A stretch of 64,000 nucleotides of DNA from the NCBI GenBank assembly GCA_963824095.1, contig CAWGNS010000009.1, positions 348,272 to 412,271 of the forward strand. Direction: 5' to 3'. Shown here in pieces: positions 8,822 through 17,519 of this stretch. This DNA is from Terriglobia bacterium (GTDB lineage Bacteria; Acidobacteriota; Terriglobia; Bryobacterales; UBA6623). Each line of letters begins with the position of its first letter. Positions within the stretch are counted from its first letter, which is position 1. The position numbers were made by a program, and so were the translations under genes. The notes under the pieces are model-generated. The model saw nothing but the letters and a program-made list of their open reading frames with translations. It did not search any database and was not told the origin of the DNA.

Positions 8822-10438
8822 CTACTCATCCAAGCCAAACACAAACAACCCCCGCCCGGCGGTAACCGCAATCCGCTGGCCGCCTTCGCTCTCATAGCTG
8901 ATCGGGTTCGAACGCATCGACCCACCGGCCTGGAAATGCCACACCACTTTGCCGTTGGTCGCATCGAGGGCAAAAATGTCGCCTTCGCCGGTGCCGCCGA
9001 ACACCAGCCCGCCCGCCGTCGATAGGACGCCGCCGCCGGGCGGCGAATGCAGCGGAAACTCCCACTTCAGATCACCCGTCTCGGGCTGGAACGCTCGAAT
9101 CGCCCCGAAGGCCTCTTCACCCGGCACCTTCTGCGCCCCGCCGCCGTTGTACAGGCTGCCGGCCTTAAACTCCGCCGCACCCTTGTAGTAGACGTTACCC
9201 ATTTCTAGCGCCGCCACAAAAAACAGATGTAGTTCGGGGCTGTAGGCCGGGCTCTGCCAGTTCGTGCCGCCGGACAGACTCGGGTAGACCGTATTGCCCT
9301 CTGCAGTTGGAGAAGTATCCGGCAACACCATCGGCCTGCCGTTGTCGTCGAGCCCACTCGCCCAGGTCTGCTTCACGTATGCCTTGCCGCTCACAAATTT
9401 CCCGCTCTCGCGGTCGAGCACGTAGTAAAAGCCGTTGCGATTGGCGAATAGCACCAGCCGGCGCCGCTCACCGCGCACCTCGCCGTCGGCCAGCACGGGA
9501 ACCTGCACCGAATCCCAATCGTGGGTGTCGTGCGGCGTGAACTGGAAATACCACTTCAGTTTGCCGGTATCCGCGTCGAGCGCGACGATGCAGTCGGAAT
9601 ACAGGTTGTCGCCCCCGCGGACGTCGCCGTTCCAATCCGGACCTGGATTGCCCGTCCCCCAATACACGAGGTTCGTTTCGGGATCGTAGGCGCCCGTGAC
9701 CCAGGTCGTAGCCGAGCCCTGCTTCCAGCTTTCACCGGCCCAGGTTTCGGCGCCGGGCTCACCGGCAACAGGGACGGTCCAGAAGCGCCACAGGCGGTCG
9801 CCGGTCTTGGCGTCATAAGCGTCGAGAAAGCCGCGCACACCGTACTCGCCGCCGGCCATGCCGAGAATCACTTTGCCCTGGAGCGCCAGCGGCGCTGCCG
9901 TCATCGAAATGCCGACCTTGTAATCGGCCACCTCGACGTCCCAGCGCACCTGCCCGCTGCGGGCGTCGAGCGCCACCAGGTGCGCGTCGAGCGTGCCGAT
10001 GTAGACCATGTCGTCGAGCACCGCCACGCCGCGGTTCACGCGGCCGCAGCACAGCGGCATGCTGTCGGGAATTTTTCGCTCGTACTTCCACAGCGGCCGG
10101 CCGGTTCGCGCGTCGAGCGCCGTCACGTCGCTGGGCGGCTCGCTGATGTACATGATGTCGCCATCGACCAGCGGCGTCATCTCGAAACCGTGGGTCGTCG
10201 AGGTCTGATAGACCCACAGCGGCCGCAGCCGCGCGGCGTTGTCGGGCGTGATCTGGCGCAGCGGGGAATGCCGTTGCCCGAGGTAATTTCCCGAGTAGGT
10301 CAGCCAGTTGCCGGGCTCCGACGCGGCCGCGTCGCGGATTCGCTCGTAGCTCACCTGGCCCGCCGCCGGTTTCACCACGAAGCCCAGCGCCACGAGCCCC
10401 AGCGCCAATGCCAAACCCCAGCACGCCCGCTTGCTCAT
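8822..10438 (-). CDS. PQQ-dependent dehydrogenase, methanol/ethanol (type I quinoprotein) family
   Basis: Signal peptide. NWLTYSGNYLGQRHSPL, vicinal Cys pair PLCCGRVNRG, GGEYGVRG, TPHDTHDWDSV, repeated propeller W-motifs. Confidence 0.85.
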   Translation of the reverse strand: MSKRACWGLALALGLVALGFVVKPAAGQVSYERIRDAAASEPGNWLTYSGNYLGQRHSPLRQITPDNAARLRPLWVYQTSTTHGFEMTPLVDGDIMYISEPPSDVTALDARTGRPLWKYERKIPDSMPLCCGRVNRGVAVLDDMVYIGTLDAHLVALDARSGQVRWDVEVADYKVGISMTAAPLALQGKVILGMAGGEYGVRGFLDAYDAKTGDRLWRFWTVPVAGEPGAETWAGESWKQGSATTWVTGAYDPETNLVYWGTGNPGPDWNGDVRGGDNLYSDCIVALDADTGKLKWYFQFTPHDTHDWDSVQVPVLADGEVRGERRRLVLFANRNGFYYVLDRESGKFVSGKAYVKQTWASGLDDNGRPMVLPDTSPTAEGNTVYPSLSGGTNWQSPAYSPELHLFFVAALEMGNVYYKGAAEFKAGSLYNGGGAQKVPGEEAFGAIRAFQPETGDLKWEFPLHSPPGGGVLSTAGGLVFGGTGEGDIFALDATNGKVVWHFQAGGSMRSNPISYESEGGQRIAVTAGRGLFVFGLDE

Positions 10439-11211
10439 TGCTCACCTCGCAGCGAAACCAGGTAGGCCACCACATCGGTCAACTCGGCCTCGCTCAACGT
10501 GCCGCCGTAGGCCGGCATCGGCGACTTGCCGCGCTGCTTTTCGATCGTGGACAACTCGTCCTTGCGGAACGAATGCAGTTGGCCGGAGTAGTCGCGGATC
10601 TGAATCGTGAAGGTGTCTTCGTTGAGGCGGACGCCCGTCAGCGCCTGGCCCTCGCGCGTCACCAGGCGCACTTGCAAGAATTCCTGGGGAATCTCGGCCT
10701 CGGGTTCGAGCAGCGCGCGCTTCAAATAGAGCACGCTGCGCCGCGCGCCCACGTCGCTCAGCTCCGGACCCGCCAGCCCGCCGGGAGTCTCGGCCGTATG
10801 GCACGAAAGACAATCCCCCTTGCCGCGAAAAATGCGCTCGCCCGCGACCGGATCGCCGGGAACCTCCTCGGGCGCGCGCTTCCCGAGGGTCTCGACGAAG
10901 TTGGCGACCAGCCACACCTCGCGTCCGTTCATCTGCCAGGCGCTGGGCATTTCCGTGCCCTCCACGCCGTCGCGGATCAGGCGGTAAAGCTCAAGGGGGT
11001 TTGAGGCGCGCCGCAACTTGGGCCGCGCCAGGTTGGCGCCGCGCCCGCCGTCGCCGTGCGGCCCGTGGCAGGGGGCGCACTGGCTCTGAAACAGCGCTTC
11101 GCCGAGCGTCAGGTTTTGGGGAGTGGGGGGCAGCCGCGGCGGCACCGGTTCCTCGTCCTGTTGTGCCCAACAAAGCGTACAGAACAGCGCCAATCCCAAA
11201 GCAAACCGCAT
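10435..11211 (-). CDS. dihaem c-type cytochrome
   Basis: ORF 10435..11454(-), start at ATG 11211 (MRFALGLALFCTLCWA signal). Two CxxCH motifs (CAPCH, CLSCH). Its stop overlaps the PQQ gene start (ATGA at 10435-10438). Confidence 0.8.
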   Translation of the reverse strand: MRFALGLALFCTLCWAQQDEEPVPPRLPPTPQNLTLGEALFQSQCAPCHGPHGDGGRGANLARPKLRRASNPLELYRLIRDGVEGTEMPSAWQMNGREVWLVANFVETLGKRAPEEVPGDPVAGERIFRGKGDCLSCHTAETPGGLAGPELSDVGARRSVLYLKRALLEPEAEIPQEFLQVRLVTREGQALTGVRLNEDTFTIQIRDYSGQLHSFRKDELSTIEKQRGKSPMPAYGGTLSEAELTDVVAYLVSLRGEQ

Positions 11212-11699
11212 AGGCCCCCGGGGATAGAAGAATGTCTGGCGCTGGAGTATAGCACGAAATTCCAGTGCCAATCGCACGCAATTACCGGCGTCGCACCGCG
11301 CCCCAGGCCCTGCGCGGCGTCCCTTTGGCGGGCCGCCATCCACCGCTGTGGCGACTACGCGACCCGCCAACCGTATGGAGCTACGATGAACAGAACGCCA
11401 ACCGATTCGGTACCCTGAGCCATGCGCAACAGATCGCGCCGCGCCGATTGCCACGCGGAGCCGCGAGCGTCAGCTTGCGCTGAGAGCTGGACGGCGAGAT
11501 CGTGTTTTCTAGCCGGACGGTGGTTCCTGGGGCGGTACTTGGCGCGGCCCGCGCCCGCGGTTCCGAGAGACGCCGCCAACCGTTGGCTCGCCGGTTGTTC
11601 GCCCGCCGGCGAGGGTTTGTGCTGCTTCAGCCCGCTGCTCAGGCCTGCGGGCCGGTTCTGGCGCGGTCTTGTTTTTCGAACGCTCGCACACCACTACGT

Positions 11700-12749
11700 A
11701 TGTCCACAAACGATACTGCCCAGCCGCAATCCCCAGCCCCACGGTCTCCGGCCTCGCAACCCTCGGCCCCAAAATCTCCGGCGATGGAAACGCGCGACCT
11801 CGTCAAGACTTATCCCGGCGGCGTGCGCGCCCTCGACGGGCTCACGTTTGCGGTCGAGCGCGGCACGGTGTTCGGTCTGCTCGGACCCAACGGGGCAGGG
11901 AAGTCGACCGCCATCAAGATCCTGACCACGCTGTCGCGGCCCGATTCGGGCACGGCCAGCGTCGCCGGCTTCGACGTCCTGCGCGAGCCGCAGCAGGTGC
12001 GCCGCGCCATCGGCTGCGTCGCGCAGCGCTCCGGCGTCGACATGGAATCCACCGGCCGCGAGAATCTCCGGCTGCAAGGCCAGCTCCACAGCATGCGCGG
12101 CCCCGAACTCGCCACGCGCGCCGCCGAGCTGCTGGAGCGCTTCCGCCTGACCAAATCCGCCGACCTGGTGGCGCGCACCTATTCGGGCGGCATGCAGCGC
12201 AAGCTCGACATCGCCATGGGGCTGATTCACCGGCCTCAGGTGTTGTTCCTCGACGAACCCACGACCGGGCTCGACCCCGAAGCGCGCACCGACCTGTGGG
12301 AAGAGATCGCCCGTCTCTCGCGCGAAGGCCTCACCATTCTGCTCACCACGCACTACCTCGACGAAGCCGACCGGCTCGCCGAGCGGCTGGCGATCGTCGA
12401 CCGCGGCCGGGTCGTCGTCCAAGGTTCGCCCGAGCAGCTCAAGGCCGAGCTGCGCGGCGATTCGATCGAGATTGACCTGGCGGCGACCGAATCGGGCGCT
12501 TCTCCCGAAGAGTCCACCGTGCGGCTGGCGCTGGAAAAGGTCAACGGCGTGCGCGACGTGAGCCTCAACGGCATCGAGCTGCACGCCCGCGCCGACCATG
12601 GCGCCACCGCTGTCCCTGCCATGCTGGCCGCCCTGGAGGCGCAGGGCGCGCGCGTCGCCTCGGTGAAGGTCTCGCGCCCTTCGCTCGACGACGTCTACTT
12701 GCGCTATACCGGCCGCACCTTCGAGCAGGCCGAAGGAGAAACCCGATGA
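11700..12749 (+). CDS. ABC transporter ATP-binding protein (DrrA-like, ABC-2 exporter type)
   Basis: Walker A GPNGAGKST, signature YSGGMQRKL, Walker B VLFLDEPTTGLD. Start uncertain (ATG 11700 or ATG 11784, METRDLVK). Confidence 0.85.
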   Translation: MSTNDTAQPQSPAPRSPASQPSAPKSPAMETRDLVKTYPGGVRALDGLTFAVERGTVFGLLGPNGAGKSTAIKILTTLSRPDSGTASVAGFDVLREPQQVRRAIGCVAQRSGVDMESTGRENLRLQGQLHSMRGPELATRAAELLERFRLTKSADLVARTYSGGMQRKLDIAMGLIHRPQVLFLDEPTTGLDPEARTDLWEEIARLSREGLTILLTTHYLDEADRLAERLAIVDRGRVVVQGSPEQLKAELRGDSIEIDLAATESGASPEESTVRLALEKVNGVRDVSLNGIELHARADHGATAVPAMLAALEAQGARVASVKVSRPSLDDVYLRYTGRTFEQAEGETR

Positions 12750-13519
12750 CGATGATCGCTCACTCCTACTTCATGACCCTGCGGCTGCTGCGGCACCTGT
12801 TGCGCCAGCCCTGGTATATCGCGCTGACCTTGGTGCAGCCCATCATCTGGCTGGTCTTCTACGGCCAGCTCTTTCAGAAAATCTCTTCGCTGCCGGGTTT
12901 CGGAAGCGACTCCTACATCGATTTCCTGGTGCCCGGCATCGTCGTCATGTCGGCGCTGTTCTCCTCGGGCTGGAGCGGTATGGGCATGATTCACGACCTC
13001 GACCGCGGCGTGATGGACCGCTTTCTGGTCTCGCCCGCCAGCCGCCATGCCATCATCGCCGGCCGCCTGCTGCATCTCGCCTTTCAGAATTGCGTCACCG
13101 GCTCGATCCTGATCACGCTCGGCCTGGTAATGGGCGCCCGCTACCACGGCGGAGTACTCGGCGTCGTCGTGCTGCTGTTGTGCGCGGTGCTGCTGGCCGT
13201 CCCGTTCGGGGCGTTATCGAATGCCCTGGCGCTGACTTTGCGCAAACAGGAATCGGTGATCGGGGCGGTGAACTTCGTGTTGCTGCCGCTGCTGTTTCTC
13301 TCGCCGGCCTTCATGCCCTCGGCGTTGATGCCGCCGTGGATTCTGAAGGTGTCGCAGCTCAACCCGGTGAGCTGGAGCGTCTTCGCCGGCCGCGCCGCCT
13401 TGCACGGCACCGCCGACTGGAACGCGACCCTACTGCGCATCGCCTGCCTGATCGGCTTCACCTTCGTCAGCGGCTGGCTGGCAACCGGAGCCTTTCGCAG
13501 CTACCAGCGCTCGGTGTAA
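12746..13519 (+). CDS. ABC-2 type transporter permease
   Basis: ATGA overlap with the ATPase stop, GAAGGAG upstream, six predicted TM helices, typical ABC-2 size (257 aa). Confidence 0.8.
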   Translation: MTMIAHSYFMTLRLLRHLLRQPWYIALTLVQPIIWLVFYGQLFQKISSLPGFGSDSYIDFLVPGIVVMSALFSSGWSGMGMIHDLDRGVMDRFLVSPASRHAIIAGRLLHLAFQNCVTGSILITLGLVMGARYHGGVLGVVVLLLCAVLLAVPFGALSNALALTLRKQESVIGAVNFVLLPLLFLSPAFMPSALMPPWILKVSQLNPVSWSVFAGRAALHGTADWNATLLRIACLIGFTFVSGWLATGAFRSYQRSV

Positions 13520-13571
13520 AAGCGGGCGCCGCGGAACGCAATGCCGGCGATGGGGCGGCTGCGGGTCCTCC

Positions 13572-14704
13572 TCAATGGGTTCTCGAAATCGCCGCCTCGA
13601 ACAGTGCATCGCCAATATCGCTGTGGTCAATTACCTCGAGCCGCAGCGGATCGATGAAGCTGAGCAGGCCGCTGACGCCGTCGAGGTGGATGATGGCGTT
13701 CTCGGTCACTTGCAGGTCATCACCGCTCCCTCGCCGCCGCGCGCCGGGAAGAGCTACGAAATCCGTCAGGGTCGCGGTTGCAACGTCCACGATCCCGATT
13801 CCGACGGTATCGAAATCATTCTCCGACTGCGGCGTCGGTACGTCGGCCACGTAGACCTTCGTCCCAAACGGATCCATAGCGATCTCGGTCGCCTCCCGCA
13901 GCGCCCGCCGCGACGGACTCTGCCCCGCCAGGCCGCCGATTTGCGCGATCACGGTCTGCGTGCGGATGTCGATCGCGTAGAGAAACGGCGTGTCCAGGTT
14001 GGCCAGCACAAACAGCAGCGCGCCATCGGGCGTCATCACGATCTCGCCGCTGCGGCCACCCGGCGGCAGATCGATTCTGCCCGGTCACGGCGCCGCTCTG
14101 CAGATCGACGAGCAGAACCATCTGTTCCCCGGTCTGCCCGCTGGGGCCCAGCACCGAGGTTGAGACATAGGCGGTACGCCCGTCCGGCGAGATCACCAGG
14201 CTCACCGGCCAAAAGGTTTCGTCGAGTTGGATGCGCTTCTCGATGCGCCCGGCGACGGCGTCGATCACGGCCAGGTGGGGCGGCACGGGGTTGGTCGGAA
14301 AAATGCTGCGGTCCGAGCCCCTCGCCGCTACGACGAGCTGCGTGTCATCGAACGTGGACGCCATGTCCTGCGGCTCAAAGAATGCTTCACCCAGGCCTTG
14401 CTGCAGGTCGACCCGAGTCCAATAGGAAAGGTCTTCGGGATTCACAAAGTCGACCGTCGGCGGGCTCGGCGCCGGGCCGCCGTCGCGAAGCATCATGTTG
14501 CCGGGCGTCGTTGAGAACGCGGAGTTGCTTCACGCGCGCTATCCCGGGCGCGCCCGGCGCCGGCGCGAAGGCCCGAATGATGCTGAGCGGCTCGGTGAAC
14601 TGGCCGGTCTGGGCGTCAGGCCACTCTCCACGCTCCACATACCCACGACAGGTCGATTGAGCACCCCAGCCTCGTCGAGGACGCTCGATTGCTTGTGCCT
14701 TCAT
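13572..14704 (-). pseudogene. YVTN/beta-propeller repeat protein disrupted by two 1-nt frame shifts
   Basis: Three consecutive ORFs in different frames (14387..14704, 13816..14496, 13572..14039). Read-through gives ...LLVDLQSGAVT|GRIDLPPGGRSGEIVMTPDGALLFVLAN... (shift ~14078-14090). Second shift ~14497-14535. Confidence 0.6.
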
Positions 14705-15829
14705 GGCATCGCGTCTCTAAGATTTCTATCCTGGCGACCTATCGCCCGGTCCCAACGACTCCGCCACCATCCCTCGATAATGTTCCCGTCAGGATCTTCT
14801 GTTCTTATGTACCGACTTGATTTGTGCCTGAAGTGGTCGGATGCTCCTGATCGATCAGTTTGAGTTCGGCCGCCAGATCCGCAGCCCTCCAGTTGAACCG
14901 ACGGAAAGAGCAGGGCAACCGTAAGCACGACGATCATCGCGGGCGCGAACGGAACTGTTGGGCAAACGGCCTTGCATCAGTCGGTACTCCATCGATTCGG
15001 TCAAAGCCGAGCCGGCAGAGGCGTCGCGAAATCCAGGCCGGAGCCGAAAACCGACCCCGGCTGCGGGCGACAGAATGACGAGCGCGAGATAACCCCTGCC
15101 CGGACGGCAACCGCTGCAGCACCTCGCGAACCGATCGTGAACGTCGCCTGCGCCGCGGCTACGGAGCAGACGAAATACGCTTGCGCATCCTGGGCGATAG
15201 CGGCTGCGGCGCCGGCAATCCACAGGGCCTGATCGGAATCGCCGGCGGCGTCCAGGTCAAGCGTCAGGTCCTGACCGCGATTCGACCGAAGGCCACCGCG
15301 CTTCGGTTGGTCCATTGCGGCGTCGGCGGAACGCTCACCTCCACGTCGAACGCCCCACATCGGCGCCGCCGGACCTTGCAGCCGCACCGTCCCGGTGTTG
15401 GTTCGAGCAGCGAAGGGGACTGTTCGCCAGGCACGGGAGAAACGCGGCCGAGGAAATCGAGATAGCCGGGCAGACCCGCCGGGCTGCGCGCGAAATCAGT
15501 ACCTGCGAACTGCCCGCCGCGGCTCAGGACCAACTCTCCCGCGTCGAGCTCCCGCAGCGGTGGCGCGTACCCAAGGGACGCGGTTTTTCGGCCTGCGCGC
15601 CGCGCCCTTCGTAAACAATGCAAGTGCCGTCGGGCGGGTTTGCATAAGCGGACTGGAAGGCCCACGGTCCGCCTGCTCTTCGGTGAATAGGGCGGAGCCG
15701 AAGTCGGCGCCGATCGCGTTGCCCGGTCGACGTGGCTGGAGCGCCCGCGGAGAGCTGAGACCGCGCCCAGCCGTCCGCCGTGCCGCAAAGCCTCGCCCGC
15801 CGTGATTCCGCGGGTCGCTGCAAGCGGCG
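14701..15829 (-). other. frame-hopping minus-strand coding remnants (boundaries unresolved)
   Basis: Protein-like stretches alternate between three minus frames (e.g. GQDLTLDLDAAGDSDQALWIAGAAAAIAQDAQAYFVCS, YAPPLRELDAGELVLSRGGQFAGTDFARSPAGLPGYLDF, GPWAFQSAYANPPDGTCIVYEG). The last ORF (14701..14937) ends in ATGA overlap with the 14704 start. Confidence 0.3.
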
Positions 15830-16632
15830 CCGTCGGTGCTGATGGCGATCGGTCACGTCGTTGCTCACCATCGCTCCGGCCGTGCGGACCGTCACGGGCA
15901 CGTAGCAACCCGTCGGCGCGTCGGCTGGTATCGCAAACACGATCTGATCGACGCCCGCGCAACACGGCGTGCGTCCGCTGTAGAGCTTGTTCGAGGCGCG
16001 CTTTCCGCCGACGAAAATCTCGACGCCACCGGCAGATCGCCTGCCTGCGGCTGGGCGTTGTCGGCATTGAGGCCGGGGCCAAGGCCGGTCCCCCACAAGG
16101 TCACTACCTGGCCGGGCCGCACCGTCGCGACGGCTGAGTTGACCGGCTGATCGTCTTGCGCCAGGAAGTTCTGCACAATGCCCGGGCCGAAGCCCGCGCG
16201 GTTGACCGCAAAAACTCCCAGACTCGAAGCCGCGACCGTGGCGGGCGAAAAGTTTCCCTCGCCGTTGTAGGTGACGCGAATCGAAACCTCGCCCAGCGGA
16301 GCGTTCGAGGGCATCACGGCGTTGATCTGCCCGGGTGAGACGAACAGCGGAATCGCCGCCACGCAATTGCCGCCCTGGCAGACTTCGATCGAAACGCCGC
16401 CCAACGTCGTTTGCAGCGGAAACGCCAGTGGCGGGCTATCGGTGGGTCCGAGGTCGCGCCCAAAGATCGAAAAAATCGAGCCGCGCGCGATCGAGCCGTT
16501 AGGCAGTCCCGGCGGCGCGAAACTGGCGGCATTCACGATGCCGCGGTAGAACAGGAAAGGTTGCGCGTAGGTCATGCCGGCGCCGAGCGCCAGCAGCAAC
16601 GCCGAACTCAAAATTCGCCAGGCCATTCTCAT
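15830..16632 (-). pseudogene. secreted Ig-like repeat protein with Solibacter-type (TIGR03437-like) C-terminal domain, frameshifted
   Basis: ORF 15892..16632(-) has a signal peptide plus GIVNAASFAP...SIFSIFGRDLGP...VSPGQINAVMP...VTLWGTGLGPG. The domain continues in another frame (VEIFVGGKRASNKLYSGRTPCCAGVDQIVFAIPADAPTGCYVPVTVRTAGAMVSNDVT) after a 1-nt shift at ~16024-16034. 3' end uncertain. Confidence 0.55.
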
Positions 16633-16805
16633 AGACGTTAGCCCAACGCCATCCTTCGAGAGGGGAATTGTGAATTCCGAATTATACTCCCGCCCGTACG
16701 CCGCGCCAGCAAGAATTTCCCGCCTCTGGCCCGGGGGCGACGGCGGAAGACGGCCTTGCCCCCGCGGGCCGGGTTACCGCCGCCCGGACCCCCTCGCGTG
16801 TCTCC

Positions 16806-17339
16806 CTACGCGGGTTCCGGGCGGATCCGCCGGTAGGTCATCGAAACCAACCCCTGGGAAAACGTCTGGCTCTCCAGCAGCTCGAAATTACGCTGCGGAA
16901 AGCCGGCCGGAAACAGCGGGATGCCCGAACCGAGCAAAACCGGAATCAGGCTAAGCGAGAGTTCATCGATCAGGTCCGCTTCGAGAAAAGCCCGCGCCAA
17001 CTCGCCGCCGCCCATGTGGAAGATGTGCTTGCCAGAGACCTCGCGCAGCTCCCGAACGAACTCGGCCGGCGGTTGATCGACGAAGACCATGCCGTCGCGT
17101 TTCCCCGGCGGTAGCGAACGCGAGAACACGTATGTCGTCCACGGCCCTTGCGGAGCCCCGCCCACCGCCCCCGCGGCGTCCAGCGTCTTGCGGCCGAAGA
17201 CCACCACATCGATTGTCGAAAAAAACTCGGCCATCCTTTTCGAAACGTCTTCCGGCATGATCAGGAAATCAACACTGCCGTCCGAACGAGCAATGTAGCC
17301 GTCGAGACTGACGGCGCAACCGAGAATGATCTTGCGCAT
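16806..17339 (-). CDS. dihydrofolate reductase family protein (RibD C-terminal domain)
   Basis: MRKIILGCAVSLDGYIARSDGSVDFL...VVFGRKTLD...HMGGGELARAFLEADLIDELSLSLIPVLLGSGIPLF. Confidence 0.8.
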   Translation of the reverse strand: MRKIILGCAVSLDGYIARSDGSVDFLIMPEDVSKRMAEFFSTIDVVVFGRKTLDAAGAVGGAPQGPWTTYVFSRSLPPGKRDGMVFVDQPPAEFVRELREVSGKHIFHMGGGELARAFLEADLIDELSLSLIPVLLGSGIPLFPAGFPQRNFELLESQTFSQGLVSMTYRRIRPEPA

Positions 17340-17430
17340 GGGCCAATTGTAAGCAAACCAGGCAACCCAATCCGCTACATCCCGATACCGCCAAACTCAA
17401 CAGACCGCCAGGCGTAAACGGGCTGCGTTC

Positions 17431-17461
17431 GAGGATTCGCAGGGTGCGAAACGCGGTCCCC
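17431..17461 (-). repeat. repeat family C copy (shortened)
   Basis: gaggattcgcagggtgcgaaacgcggtcccc is the reverse complement of the ggggaccgcgtttcgcaccctgcgaatcctc type. Confidence 0.65.
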
Positions 17462-17519
17462 TTCCCGCACAAGGCGTCATACTAGATAGCATCCTCGCAG
17501 TCGGCGGGGCTCGTCTGCT

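Noticed and set aside
8822-10438. Calling the PQQ enzyme XoxF (lanthanide methanol dehydrogenase) outright
   Set aside because: The D-x-D motif is present, but the canonical Asn metal ligand position reads Thr and the protein is ~60 aa shorter than typical XoxF. Only the family-level call is supported without a phylogeny.
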